This document shows positions 9,162 to 18,560 of a stretch of DNA of 52,863 nt, piece after piece; position 1 is the stretch's first letter, and the number at the start of each line of letters is the position of its first letter. The notes beneath the pieces were generated by a model that did not search any database, was not told where the DNA came from, and saw only the letters and a program-made list of their open reading frames with translations. The stretch is from NCBI GenBank assembly GCA_025363775.1, contig JANYLG010000066.1:1-52863 (forward strand), written 5' to 3'. The position numbers were made by a program, and so were the translations under genes. The stretch is from Acidobacteriota bacterium. GTDB lineage: Bacteria > Acidobacteriota > Vicinamibacteria > Vicinamibacterales > Fen-181.

Positions 9162-10706
9162 CTACGACGGAGCCGCGAGTGTCTCGAAGTGATCCACGAT
9201 CGCCCGGACGAGGCCGGGAATCGTGTACTCAGCGGGCATGATCGTCGTCTGGATGCCGCATTGCTGCGCCGCCTCGGCGGTCACGGGGCCGATCGACGCG
9301 ATGGCGACGAGGTGCAGGAGGTCTGCAACCGGTTCAACGCCATAGAGCCTCACGAAGTTGCGCACGGTCGAGGCGCTCGTGAAGGTCAGAACGTCCACCT
9401 GCTTGTCGAGCAGCATCCGGAAGATGTCCGGCTCGCTGTCGCGCTCGATATCGACCGGCACGGTCCGGTAGGCGGTGACCTCAGTCACGCTCGCACCCGA
9501 CTTCCGCAGTTCGTCGGCGAGCCACTCGCGCGCGATGTCGGCTCGCGGCAGCAGGAACTTCTTGCCCGTCAGGTCCCCGGTCGCGCGCAGCGCCTCAACC
9601 ACTGTCTCCGCGCAGTACTCGGCCGGAACCAGGTCCACCTTCAGGCCGTGGCGCGTGAGGTGCTCGGCCGTCCCCGGGCCGATGGCGCACAAGCGTACCC
9701 CGGCCAGCGACCGCGTGTCGGTCGGTCCCGCCTGCATCCGCTGGAAGAAGTAGTCCACGCCGTTCGTGCTCGTGAAGATGACCCAGTCGTACTGGCCCAC
9801 CGTCGCGGACGCCTCGTCCAAGGGGGCGTAGTCTTCGGGCGGAACGATGCGAATCGTCGGGGCCTCGACTACGGTTGCACCTAGTTGCTCGAGCGCCTCC
9901 ACCAGCTCCGCCGCCTGCTCCCGAGGCCGGGTGACGACGATGCGCTTGCCGAACAGCGGTCTGACGTCGAACCAACGCAGGTGCTCGCGCAGCCCGGTCA
10001 CGCGCCCGACGATCAGCATAGCCCCGTTCTTGAACTTCGGCTGGCGCGCCAGCTCGGCCAGTTCGCCGATCGTCGCCTGGACCGTTTCCTGGCTGGGCAG
10101 CGTCCCGTTGAAGACCAGCGCGGCTTTCTCGCCCTTCGACCACCCGTGCGACAGCATCGAGTCGAGGATCCCGGGAAGTTGTGTCGGGCCCGAGTAGCAG
10201 ACGACTGTGCCGCCGAGCTTGCAGAGGCTGCTCCAGTCCACGTGCGGTTTCTTCGCGCGCTCCGCCTCGAGCCCGCGCACGAAGGTGACCGTGTCGCCGC
10301 CGCCGGGATAGGTGATAGGGATGCCGGCGTAGGCCGGGACGCCAATAGCGGCTGGGATGCCGGGCACGACCTCGAACGGCACCGCGTGCTCGTGCAGGAA
10401 CAGCGCCTCTTCACCCCCGCGGTCGAAGACGAACGGGTCGCCCCACTTCAACCTGGCGACAACCTTCCCTTCGAGGGCCTTCTCGGCGAGCAGATAGCAG
10501 ATCGCTTCCTGTTCCAGCGGTTCCGGCGCGGCGGGCCCTACGTCGATCCGCTCGGCGTCCGGCCGGGCATGCCGCACCAGACGTTGGTGCACGAGATGGT
10601 CGTAGATGACCACATCGGCCTGGCCGAGGCAGCGCAGGCCGCGGACGGTGATCAACCCGGGATCTCCGGGCCCGGCTCCGATGAGGTAGACGATCGGTTT
10701 CTTCAT
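9162..10706 (-). CDS. cobA/hemD: Uroporphyrinogen-III C-methyltransferase-like domain fused to uroporphyrinogen-III synthase
   Basis: Start [20 protein letters not shown] at ATG 10706. HemD half has [33 protein letters not shown] and IGPVTA. Several methyltransferase motifs diverge (see findings). Confidence 0.92.
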   Translation of the reverse strand: MKKPIVYLIGAGPGDPGLITVRGLRCLGQADVVIYDHLVHQRLVRHARPDAERIDVGPAAPEPLEQEAICYLLAEKALEGKVVARLKWGDPFVFDRGGEEALFLHEHAVPFEVVPGIPAAIGVPAYAGIPITYPGGGDTVTFVRGLEAERAKKPHVDWSSLCKLGGTVVCYSGPTQLPGILDSMLSHGWSKGEKAALVFNGTLPSQETVQATIGELAELARQPKFKNGAMLIVGRVTGLREHLRWFDVRPLFGKRIVVTRPREQAAELVEALEQLGATVVEAPTIRIVPPEDYAPLDEASATVGQYDWVIFTSTNGVDYFFQRMQAGPTDTRSLAGVRLCAIGPGTAEHLTRHGLKVDLVPAEYCAETVVEALRATGDLTGKKFLLPRADIAREWLADELRKSGASVTEVTAYRTVPVDIERDSEPDIFRMLLDKQVDVLTFTSASTVRNFVRLYGVEPVADLLHLVAIASIGPVTAEAAQQCGIQTTIMPAEYTIPGLVRAIVDHFETLAAPS

Positions 10707-10725
10707 AGCGGCGTCCGCGACGTGC

Positions 10726-11685
10726 TCAGTGGAATTCCTGCTGGGCGCGGCGCACGTCTTCGAGAATCGCCTCGGCGCCGTCGGCGATGAGTTGTCGTCC
10801 GAGGCGCGCACCCAGCGCGCCCGCCTCGTCCCGAGGCGCGCGATCCCGGCCGCGCACCGCTCGGAGTCCATCCAACGAGACTACCACCGCGTGCAAGTCG
10901 AGGTCGCCGCCATCGACGACCGCCACCGCTCCGACCGGTGTCTGGCAGCCTCCACCGAGCGTCGCGACCAGCGCCCTCTCCGCCGTGACGGCGCTCGCCG
11001 TCTCCGGGTGGTCGATGGCTGCCAGCGCCTCACGCGTCCGCCGATCGTCCACGCGCATCTCGATCGCGATCGCGCCCTGCCCGGGCGCCGGGACGCACGC
11101 GTCCACGGGCAGCGTGAACGAGATCCGCCCGGTGAACCCCAGCCGCCGCATCCCGGCTGCGGCGAGTGCCAGGGCGTCGAAGCCCGCGGCATCGAGCTTC
11201 TTCAGCCGCGTGTCGAGGTTCCCACGGATCGGGAGGAATGACGCACCCGGCAACAGGCGCGTGAGCTCGGCGACACGCCGGACGCTGCTCGTCCCGATCC
11301 TGACGCCCGGGCACAGGGCTGCGAGCCACTCCTCAACCGTCGCGGGCCTGACCGACGACGCCGGCAGGACCAGGACGTCGCGCGGATCCTCGCGGGGCAG
11401 GACTGCGCCGATGACCAGGCCGTCGGGCAGCACGGCCGGCATGTCCTTGCAGCTGTGCACCGCGAAGTCCACATCGCGCCGGAGCAGCGCGTCCTCGATC
11501 TCCTTCACGAACAGCCGCTTGCCGCCCACTTCCGAGAGCGGCGCTTCGGCGAGCCGGTCCCCGCTGGTTTTGATGACGACGACCTCGCACGGCGGGCCGC
11601 CGGCCCGGTCGACGAGCGCCGCCGCCGCGCGCGCCTGCCACAGCGCCAACTGGCTGCCCCGGGTACCAAGACGCAACGCCTTCAC
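10726..11685 (-). CDS. hemC: Hydroxymethylbilane synthase
   Basis: GTG start overlaps the hemA stop. LGTRGSQLALWQ, GGKRLFVKEIE, VHSCKDMP, GTSSVRR, IRGNLDTRL and cofactor Cys in GGGCQTP. Confidence 0.96.
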   Translation of the reverse strand: MKALRLGTRGSQLALWQARAAAALVDRAGGPPCEVVVIKTSGDRLAEAPLSEVGGKRLFVKEIEDALLRRDVDFAVHSCKDMPAVLPDGLVIGAVLPREDPRDVLVLPASSVRPATVEEWLAALCPGVRIGTSSVRRVAELTRLLPGASFLPIRGNLDTRLKKLDAAGFDALALAAAGMRRLGFTGRISFTLPVDACVPAPGQGAIAIEMRVDDRRTREALAAIDHPETASAVTAERALVATLGGGCQTPVGAVAVVDGGDLDLHAVVVSLDGLRAVRGRDRAPRDEAGALGARLGRQLIADGAEAILEDVRRAQQEFH

Positions 11686-13025
11686 GGCGTCACCGCCTTG
11701 CCGGCATCGTCCGCTCGTCGCGCGGCAGAACTGCGATCCGGCTCGTCTCGAACCGGGTCTTCGGCATCGAGCGCGAACAGTCGCGTCAGCGCGTCGGCAT
11801 CGCTCCGCAGTCGCTCCGGATCGGGAGTGGACTTGAGCTGCTCGGTCGGCGTGATCAGGAGTTTCTCGACGAGCAGGCGTGTGATTTCGTCCACGCGCGT
11901 CTTCGCCTCCGGCGGCAGCCCGGCGAGTTTCGGCTGGAGGCGATCGAGTTCCTGCCGCCGGATCGCCTCGAAGCGCTGACGCAGGGCGACCACAGTGGGA
12001 ATCGCGCACCGCGCGGACAGCCACGCCTCGAACTTCTTCACCTCGTCGGCGACGATCCCCTCGGCCTTGGTGACCTCGGACGCCCGCCGCGTCAGGTTCG
12101 CCTCCACGATTGCCTGGAGGTCATCGATGTTGTAGAGGAACACCGAGTCGAGATCGCCCACGGCGGGGTCGACATCGCGAGGAAGGGCGATGTCGATGAG
12201 GAACAACGGGCGGTTCCGACGTCCGCGCATGGCGCCCTCGACCTGTGATCGGGTCAGAATCGGCAGAAGCGCACCGGTCGCGGTAATCACGATGTCGGCC
12301 TGGTTCAGCGTCACCAGCAGGTCCCGCCACGGGACGGGGCTGGCGTCGATCGTCTCCGCCAGCGCCTCCGCGTGCGCCAGCGTCCGGCTGGTGATCAGCA
12401 TCCGGCTCACGCCCTGGGCTTTGAGATGCCGCGCCGTCAGCTTGCCCATCTCGCCGGCGCCGATGACGAGCACCGTGCGTTCCTTCAGGTCGCCGAAGAT
12501 CTTCCGCGCCAGCGCGGTGGCTGCGAAGCCGACCGACACCGCGCCTTCCGAGAGCGCCGTCTCCGTCCGCACGCGCTTGCCCACCGTGAACGACCACGGG
12601 AACACCTTGTTCAGGACCGGTCCCACCGTTCGTCCCTCGGTGGCCGCGGCGTAGGCGTCCTTGACCTGCCCCAGGATCTGGGGCTCGCCGACGACGAGCG
12701 AGTCGAGACCGCCGGCCACGCGAAACAGGTGGCGCGCGGCGGCGCCGTCCACCTCCTCGTACAGGTGGGGGAACACGGCCGACGTGTCGAGGCCGTGGTA
12801 CTCGCCGAGGAACCCGAGGAGATCCGCGCGCGCGGAGGCTACCTCGTCGCAGGCGACGTAGAGCTCCGCGCGGTTGCACGTGGAGAGGACAACCGCTTCG
12901 CTGGTGCTCGGGCGCACCGCGAGCGCGGCCAGCGCCGCGTCGAGACCCCGCGCCGTGAAATCGAGGTGCTCGCGGATGTCAACCGGCGTCGTCTTGTGGC
13001 TCACGCCCAGAAGGAACAAGTGCAT
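11682..13025 (-). CDS. hemA: Glutamyl-tRNA reductase
   Basis: LSTCNRAELY, GLDSLVVGEPQILGQVK, IGAGEMG and DIALPRDVD. Confidence 0.97.
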   Translation of the reverse strand: MHLFLLGVSHKTTPVDIREHLDFTARGLDAALAALAVRPSTSEAVVLSTCNRAELYVACDEVASARADLLGFLGEYHGLDTSAVFPHLYEEVDGAAARHLFRVAGGLDSLVVGEPQILGQVKDAYAAATEGRTVGPVLNKVFPWSFTVGKRVRTETALSEGAVSVGFAATALARKIFGDLKERTVLVIGAGEMGKLTARHLKAQGVSRMLITSRTLAHAEALAETIDASPVPWRDLLVTLNQADIVITATGALLPILTRSQVEGAMRGRRNRPLFLIDIALPRDVDPAVGDLDSVFLYNIDDLQAIVEANLTRRASEVTKAEGIVADEVKKFEAWLSARCAIPTVVALRQRFEAIRRQELDRLQPKLAGLPPEAKTRVDEITRLLVEKLLITPTEQLKSTPDPERLRSDADALTRLFALDAEDPVRDEPDRSSAARRADDAGKAVTP

Positions 13026-13035
13026 GCCCGCTTCC

Positions 13036-13863
13036 TCACCCTCCGAAATTGTGACTGCGGGTCAGGAAGTAGCCGATGGGCACGAAGTTGAAGAGCACGA
13101 TCGCGAACCCCAGCGCGGAGAGGTAGGCCGCACGTTTTCCGCCCCATCCCAGGCGTCTCGTGTAGAGGGCAAAGGTGTAGATCGCCCAGCAGACGACCGC
13201 GCCGAGAATCTTCGGATCGGCCAGCGACATTGCCTGGACGCGCGGGTCGTAGATCGGTCCGCTCTTCGCCTCGGCCGCCCAGACCGCGCCGACCACCACG
13301 CCCACGGTCAGGAACACCCACCCGAGCATCACCGTGCGGGCGTTCATCAGATCGAGCGAGTCGAGCGAGGGCAGGCGCTTGTAGAAGAAGCCGAGATGCT
13401 TCGCCTTGATTTCCTTGAAGAGCAACACGTACGTAATCCCGATGACGCACGCGAGCGCGAAGCTGGCGTACGCGAACAGCAGCGAGGCGACGTGAACGCC
13501 GAACCACGCGCTCTCGAGAATGGGCACGCGTCGCTCCATGACCGGGTTGAGCGCGCGAATCAACTGGAGCGCGACGAGCAGCGGGACGATGAAGACGCCG
13601 AGCGCACGCTCCTCGGTCGTCATCTCCATGCAGAGGTACGCGAGCGCCAGCAGCCAGACGAACGTTGAAATCGCCTGCGTGGTCCCGGCGATCGGCACGT
13701 GCCCCGCGGCCATCGTCTGCATGCCGATGACGAACGTGTGCGCCAGGCTGCCGCTCGCCAGCACTGCGGTGCCGGCCCGGCCGACCGTCGCGCTGCGCGT
13801 GGAGAAATGCACGGCATACAGGATGCCGGCTGCCAGATACAACAGAAGCGGGATCGTGTTCAC
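13036..13863 (-). CDS. Cytochrome c assembly family membrane protein (CcsA/HemX-like)
   Basis: About 8 hydrophobic segments, GVHVASLLFAYA, GAVWA and DPK; typical position upstream of hemA. Confidence 0.85.
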   Translation of the reverse strand: MNTIPLLLYLAAGILYAVHFSTRSATVGRAGTAVLASGSLAHTFVIGMQTMAAGHVPIAGTTQAISTFVWLLALAYLCMEMTTEERALGVFIVPLLVALQLIRALNPVMERRVPILESAWFGVHVASLLFAYASFALACVIGITYVLLFKEIKAKHLGFFYKRLPSLDSLDLMNARTVMLGWVFLTVGVVVGAVWAAEAKSGPIYDPRVQAMSLADPKILGAVVCWAIYTFALYTRRLGWGGKRAAYLSALGFAIVLFNFVPIGYFLTRSHNFGG

Positions 13864-13893
13864 GTCTTCCTCATCGCCAGCTCAGGCAGTGAC

Positions 13894-13926
13894 GACTGAC
13901 CACTGATCACTGACCACTGACCACTA
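13894..13926. repeat. Heptamer tandem array (CACTGAC)n
   Basis: gactgac-cactgat-cactgac-cactgac-cacta; the last unit overlaps the stop codon of the VWA gene. Confidence 0.85.
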
Positions 13927-14913
13927 CTTCCCTGTGGGTCCGAAGTACCCGCGCTTGCTCCGCGCCGTCGCGCCGTCGCGATCCGCGCGAAGCGCCAGGC
14001 GGCGCCACCCGCCGTCGCGATTGGTGTTGGTCGAGACGTAGCCGAGGATGTACTGGCTCGCCAGTTCGTCGGCAATCTGGGTGTAGACCCCGGCCATGTC
14101 TTCGATGCGCGCCGGGAAGAACGCCCGTCCGCCGGTTTCCTGCGCAAGCTGCCGCAGGACGAAATCCGCTTCGTTGAAGGTCTTGGCCGCGATCTCGTCT
14201 TTCGACCGCAGTCCGATCGTGTAGATGGCCGTTTCCGATCGCTTGGCGAGGTCGAGCACCTGGTCGTAGCTGACGAGGCTCGACGTGTCCTCGCCGTCCG
14301 AGACCAGGACGATGGCCTGCCGGCGGACGTCCTGCTCGGTCTTCGCGCGAACCTTCTTCAGTTCCTTCAGCGAGACGTAGACCGCGGTGTAGAGCGAAGT
14401 GGACCCGCCGGCCGTGGTCCTGCGAATGGCGCTTTCGAGGGCGACCGGATCGTTGGTGAACCCCTGGATCACCCGGACCTGCCGGTCGAAGTCGATCACC
14501 TCGCCAAGATCCTGCGGCCGGAGGTGGCGCGCGAAGCCGACCGCGGCTTCCTGCATCGTCGCCATCCGGTCTTCCATGCTCGCGCTCGTGTCGATCAGCA
14601 GTAACAGCGCGATCGGCTGGTTCGTCCGATTGAAGAACGCGATCTCCTGCTTCGTGCCGTCCTCGAACACGCTGAACTGTTCCCGCGCCAGGTCGGTGAG
14701 GTAGCGCCCGGACGGATCGGTGACCGTCACGCTTATCGAGACGATGTCGATGCTGGCCCGGAAGGAGGGCTGTTGGCCCCCTCCCCCGGGTGGCCTGGAC
14801 GACGCCTGTCCCTGTGCGCGCAGGCTCCCGCTTCCGCCCGGCGGCGCGATCAGCATCAGCGCGAGCACCGCCAGGCAGGCGGTCGGCCACGATGTCAGGC
14901 CACGCACCTTCAT
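13924..14913 (-). CDS. Secreted VWA-domain protein (acidobacterial VWFA-related type)
   Basis: Signal-like N-terminus, FRASIDIVSISVTVTD, MIDAS DTSASM, TSLY, SDGED, AQETGG and QYILGY. Confidence 0.9.
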   Translation of the reverse strand: MKVRGLTSWPTACLAVLALMLIAPPGGSGSLRAQGQASSRPPGGGGQQPSFRASIDIVSISVTVTDPSGRYLTDLAREQFSVFEDGTKQEIAFFNRTNQPIALLLLIDTSASMEDRMATMQEAAVGFARHLRPQDLGEVIDFDRQVRVIQGFTNDPVALESAIRRTTAGGSTSLYTAVYVSLKELKKVRAKTEQDVRRQAIVLVSDGEDTSSLVSYDQVLDLAKRSETAIYTIGLRSKDEIAAKTFNEADFVLRQLAQETGGRAFFPARIEDMAGVYTQIADELASQYILGYVSTNTNRDGGWRRLALRADRDGATARSKRGYFGPTGK

Positions 14914-15842
14914 TGCCGTGTGGCTTTAACGGGTGTGCCGCGCGCGGTGAGGCCAGGACGCCGCACGCTGACCTCGATCTTCTGCGGCGGAATCAGCGTG
15001 TCCGGGCGGGAATAGGTGACCCGGTACTGATTCGTCAGCTCATCGGCCAGCCTGGTCAGCGCGCCGTCGAGCGCCATGCTGCTCAGCAGCGAGAAGCGGT
15101 CGCCGCCCGTGGCCCGGGTCGCGGCGTCGAGAAACAGCTCCCGGTTGCGCTGTCCGAAGTCCGAGAGGTTGGGCGGGTTGGCAGCGAAAACCATCGCGTC
15201 GAACGTCGCTCCACTCTCGCTGAGTTTCGGGACGAACTCGTCGTAGCTGCGGTCGCTGAACTCAGGGCCGCCCGCAGTGATGGCGAGAATTACCGCACGA
15301 TCGAAGTCCCGCTTCGACAGCCCCTTGTAGATTTCCTCGACGGCCTGCAGCAGGTATGATCCGCTGCCTGACGCCGGGAAGAGACGATCGACGCCCTTCT
15401 CGAGGGCGGGCACGTCGAGCGTGTAGTCGACCAAGATCGACGGCCGCTCGCCAAAGACGGTCAGGGTGATCGGGTTTTTGCCGCCCAGCCGCTTGACGAA
15501 GGTCTCGAGGGACCGGCGCATGTCGGCGATGTAGGGCGTGGCCGACTGGGACGTGTCCACGAGCAGGGCCAGCGTGATCGGTTCGGTGGCCTTCTCGACC
15601 CGGAGCACTTCGCGGGCCACGCCGTCTTCGCGCACCCTGAAGTCGGTGGGGGTCAGGTCAGTCACCGGCGCGCCGTCCTTGTTGAGCACACTCACGAACA
15701 TCGCCCGGTCGGCCGGCCGGGATGTCTGTGCCTGTCCGGGACCATCGGGTCCGGCGGCGGCAACGGCAAAGCCGAACAACGACGCGAGCGCAAGAACTCC
15801 GAGCGCGCGCACGGTCCGCCGAGAGGGCGTGACGCTTGGCAT
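14910..15842 (-). CDS. Secreted VWA-domain protein, divergent paralog
   Basis: FVSVLNKDGAPVTDL, FRVREDG, DTSQS, ATGG and QYRVTY. ATG 15842 has GGAG upstream; its stop overlaps the next start (ATGA). Confidence 0.85.
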   Translation of the reverse strand: MPSVTPSRRTVRALGVLALASLFGFAVAAAGPDGPGQAQTSRPADRAMFVSVLNKDGAPVTDLTPTDFRVREDGVAREVLRVEKATEPITLALLVDTSQSATPYIADMRRSLETFVKRLGGKNPITLTVFGERPSILVDYTLDVPALEKGVDRLFPASGSGSYLLQAVEEIYKGLSKRDFDRAVILAITAGGPEFSDRSYDEFVPKLSESGATFDAMVFAANPPNLSDFGQRNRELFLDAATRATGGDRFSLLSSMALDGALTRLADELTNQYRVTYSRPDTLIPPQKIEVSVRRPGLTARGTPVKATRQ

Positions 15843-15877
15843 TGGCTTCTCCGTTGAATTGGACACTGGCTCGAGTC

Positions 15878-15907
15878 AGTATAGGATTCTGCGAGACGGG
15901 CCGTCAA
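15878..15907 (-). promoter_or_regulatory. Sigma70-type promoter of the VWA-hem operon
   Basis: TTGACG-N18-TATACT on the minus strand. Confidence 0.65.
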
Positions 15908-15934
15908 GACGGCGGAGGACAAAAACCCTTTCAT

Positions 15935-15947
15935 ATTCAAACATTTG
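15935..15947 (+). promoter_or_regulatory. Possible IHF-type site between the divergent promoters
   Basis: ATTCAAACATTTG has one mismatch to WATCAANNNNTTR and sits in an AT-rich patch. Confidence 0.35.
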
Positions 15948-15985
15948 CAGTGGTGATTGCCGCTGGGTCCGGCACGTCGCGTTTC

Positions 15986-16014
15986 TTGACACCCCCCGGG
16001 GGGCATGCTATAAA
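15986..16014 (+). promoter_or_regulatory. Sigma70-type promoter of the nuo-atp operon
   Basis: TTGACA-N17-TATAAA with extended TG; the spacer is CCCCCCGGGGGGCATGC. Confidence 0.8.
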
Positions 16015-16225
16015 CACCCAAGATCCTTGCTCGATCACGCTGCTGTTTTGGTGTGTGCTGCCGCCTTCGACGCGGCACCCGGGCGGTGCCGTGGAAGGGT
16101 GAGGGCTCCGCCCCGAACCTCGGGGGCCACATTCCGGTCACAACGCAGAGAAAACGGGCTGCAGGTGCGGTGTTTCCCCCTGGGGGGGCCGCCCCGGTCT
16201 CACAGTATGCCGGCGGCAACAGACC

Positions 16226-16582
16226 ATGCTCGAAGCCTACATCCCCGTTGTGCTGTTCATCATCGTGGCGATTGGATTCGCCATCGTGGCGCTCCTGATG
16301 GCGTGGCTGGTGCGGTCCGAGCGTTACAACAAGGTCAAGCTCGAGCCGTACGAGTGCGGCATCGAGACGTTGGGCGATGCCCGCGGCCGCTACAGCATTC
16401 GGTACTACATCATCGCGATGCTGTTCGTGGTCTTCGATGTGGAAACGGTATTCATGTTTCCGTGGGCGGTCATCATGCACAAGCTGAAGCTGTTCGGCCT
16501 GATCGAGATGATCGTCTTCCTCTTCATCCTCCTCGTCGGCTACGCGTACGCCTGGAAGCAGGGAGCGCTCGAGTGGGCGTAG
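16226..16582 (+). CDS. nuoA: NADH-quinone oxidoreductase subunit A
   Basis: PYECG, FVVFDVE, FPWA and GALEW; 3 TM segments. Confidence 0.95.
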   Translation: MLEAYIPVVLFIIVAIGFAIVALLMAWLVRSERYNKVKLEPYECGIETLGDARGRYSIRYYIIAMLFVVFDVETVFMFPWAVIMHKLKLFGLIEMIVFLFILLVGYAYAWKQGALEWA

Positions 16583-16636
16583 ACCCTCTGGTCGTCACGG
16601 GCAGCGTGCAGGCCGCCGACGTTCGAAGCGATTTCC

Positions 16637-17338
16637 ATGGCTGATACCGAGAACACCGACCCCGCGGGCGAGAAACCCGCGGCCGTCCCGTCGCAGGCCC
16701 CTGCGCCGAAGCCGCCGGCCAAGACGCCTGCCGCCGCGGCGGCAGCCAAGGTCGAGAAGGCTCCGCCGCCCCCGCCCGGTCCACCTGACCAGGCGGCGCC
16801 CGCCGACGTGTCCGTCCCTGATTGCATCCAGGCGTTGCAGGCCGCGTTGCCAGGAGCGGTCATACAGGTGAGCTACTGGGTCGGGGACTGGACGGTCATC
16901 GTGGCCACGCCCCGGCTGCTCGATGTCGCGCACTACCTGCGCGACGCCGTCGGCGCGAAGTTCGACTATTGCTCCGACGTCACCGCGGTGGACTGGCCGA
17001 CCCGGGCCGGCGAGCGGTTCGACGTCGTCTACTGCCTGTATTCGACCAGCTTGCGGCACCGGCTGCGCGTGAAGACGCGGGTGGCCGACGGCGACAGCGT
17101 CGCGTCGGTATCCGGCGTCTGGGCCGCGGCCAACTGGCTCGAGCGCGAGGTCTGGGACATGTTCGGGATTCGGTTCGCGGGCCATCCGGACCTGCGTCGG
17201 ATCCTGATGCCCGACGAGTGGCAGGGGCATCCGCAGCGCAAGGACTACCCGCTCGAGGGGCCGGGGGAGCTGATCCTGGAAAGCCCGCAGGAGTGGTTGA
17301 AGCTGCGCCAGTCGTTCGACGAAGCGGAGATCGAGTAA
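16637..17338 (+). CDS. nuoC: NADH-quinone oxidoreductase subunit C with Pro/Ala-rich N-terminal extension
   Basis: DVTAVD, RFDVVY and [26 protein letters not shown]...GHPQRKDYP. Confidence 0.95.
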   Translation: MADTENTDPAGEKPAAVPSQAPAPKPPAKTPAAAAAAKVEKAPPPPPGPPDQAAPADVSVPDCIQALQAALPGAVIQVSYWVGDWTVIVATPRLLDVAHYLRDAVGAKFDYCSDVTAVDWPTRAGERFDVVYCLYSTSLRHRLRVKTRVADGDSVASVSGVWAAANWLEREVWDMFGIRFAGHPDLRRILMPDEWQGHPQRKDYPLEGPGELILESPQEWLKLRQSFDEAEIE

Positions 17339-18462
17339 TGGAACCGGACGTTGCCCGCCCGATGTTCGACACCGACGAACTCGTCATCAACATGGGGCCA
17401 CAGCATCCTGCCACGCACGGCGTGCTGCGGGTCGTGCTGAAGCTCGATGGCGAGAAGGTCGTCGATGCGGACGTGGTCATCGGCTACCTCCACCGGGGTG
17501 TCGAGAAACTAAGCGAAAACCGCGACTGGACGCAGATTGTCCTGCTGACCGACCGCCTGGACTACGTGGCTTCGGCGGCGGCGAACCTCGCGTACGTCGA
17601 GACGGTGGAGAAACTCCTCTCGCTCGAGGTGCCGCGGCGCGCGCGCTACATCCGCACGATCCTCGCGGAACTCCAGCGGCTGGCGAGCCACCTGGTCTGG
17701 CTCGGCAGCCACGCAATGGACATCGGTGCCGTCACCGTCTTCCTCTACTGCCTGCGCGAGCGGGAGTTGATCCTCGACCTGTTCGAGGAGTATTGCGGGG
17801 CGCGCCTCACCTACAACTCCATGCGGATTGGCGGGCTTCCCCAGGACCTGCCACCGAACTGGGACAAGAAGGTTCTCCAGTTCTGCGACATCCAGCTGGA
17901 GAAACTCGTCGAGTACGAGACGCTGCTCACGCACAACCGGATTTGGCTGGAGCGGACCAAGGGCATCGGCGTGATCTCCGCGGCCGATGCGATTGCCGTC
18001 GGGTTGTGCGGTCCGCCGCTGCGCGGGTCGGGCGTCGTGCGCGACGTGCGGAAGGATGAACCCTACGCCGCCTACGCCGAGATGGAGTTCGACGTCCCGG
18101 TCGGCACGAACGGCGATACCTACGACCGGTACCTGGTGCGACTCGAGGAAATCCGGCAGTCGGTGCGGATCATCCGGCAGGCGCTGGGCGGGCTGCCCGA
18201 GGGGCCGGTGATGGCCAAGGTGCCCCGCCTGATCAAGCCGCCGGCCGGAGAGACGTATCACGCCAACGAGTCTCCGAAGGGCGAGATCGGCTATTTCATC
18301 GCGAGTGACGGAAAGTCCACCAGCCCCTACCGGCTCCGCGTGCGGCCGCCGTCGTTCTGTAACCTCCAGGCGCTGCCGCAGCTGGTGCGCGGGCACCTGG
18401 TGGCCGACGTGATTGCGCTGATCGGCACGATCGACATCGTGCTGGGGGAAGTGGACAGGTAA
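17338..18462 (+). CDS. nuoD: NADH-quinone oxidoreductase subunit D
   Basis: ATG overlaps the nuoC stop (TAATG). [33 protein letters not shown] and C-terminal GEVDR; no NiFe CxxC motifs. Confidence 0.96.
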   Translation: MEPDVARPMFDTDELVINMGPQHPATHGVLRVVLKLDGEKVVDADVVIGYLHRGVEKLSENRDWTQIVLLTDRLDYVASAAANLAYVETVEKLLSLEVPRRARYIRTILAELQRLASHLVWLGSHAMDIGAVTVFLYCLRERELILDLFEEYCGARLTYNSMRIGGLPQDLPPNWDKKVLQFCDIQLEKLVEYETLLTHNRIWLERTKGIGVISAADAIAVGLCGPPLRGSGVVRDVRKDEPYAAYAEMEFDVPVGTNGDTYDRYLVRLEEIRQSVRIIRQALGGLPEGPVMAKVPRLIKPPAGETYHANESPKGEIGYFIASDGKSTSPYRLRVRPPSFCNLQALPQLVRGHLVADVIALIGTIDIVLGEVDR

Positions 18463-18473
18463 CGACACCAAGA

Positions 18474-18548
18474 GCCGGCGGCGGGCAGCGGGCGGCCGGC
18501 AGCGGGCAGCAGATCGAGCTGCCAGCTGCCAGCTGTCAGCTGACAGCT
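18474..18548. repeat. Two opposed heptamer arrays forming an imperfect hairpin
   Basis: (GCSGGCR)x5, a short spacer, then agctgcc-agctgcc-agctgtc-agctgac-agct. Confidence 0.75.
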
Positions 18549-18560
18549 ATCGGGAAAAGC

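Noticed and set aside
16822-17337. N-terminal extensions in the ORF track for NuoD, NuoM, HemC, CobA/HemD, YqeY, MurJ and the GT-C genes
   Set aside because: Most overlap neighbouring genes or promoters, and none shows family motifs. Downstream starts, several with stop/start overlaps, fit better.
17338-18462. Group 4 NiFe hydrogenase large subunit as an explanation for the reduced nuo cluster
   Set aside because: There are no N- or C-terminal CxxC nickel ligands, and the quinone-site His/Tyr motifs and terminal GEVDR are NuoD-type.
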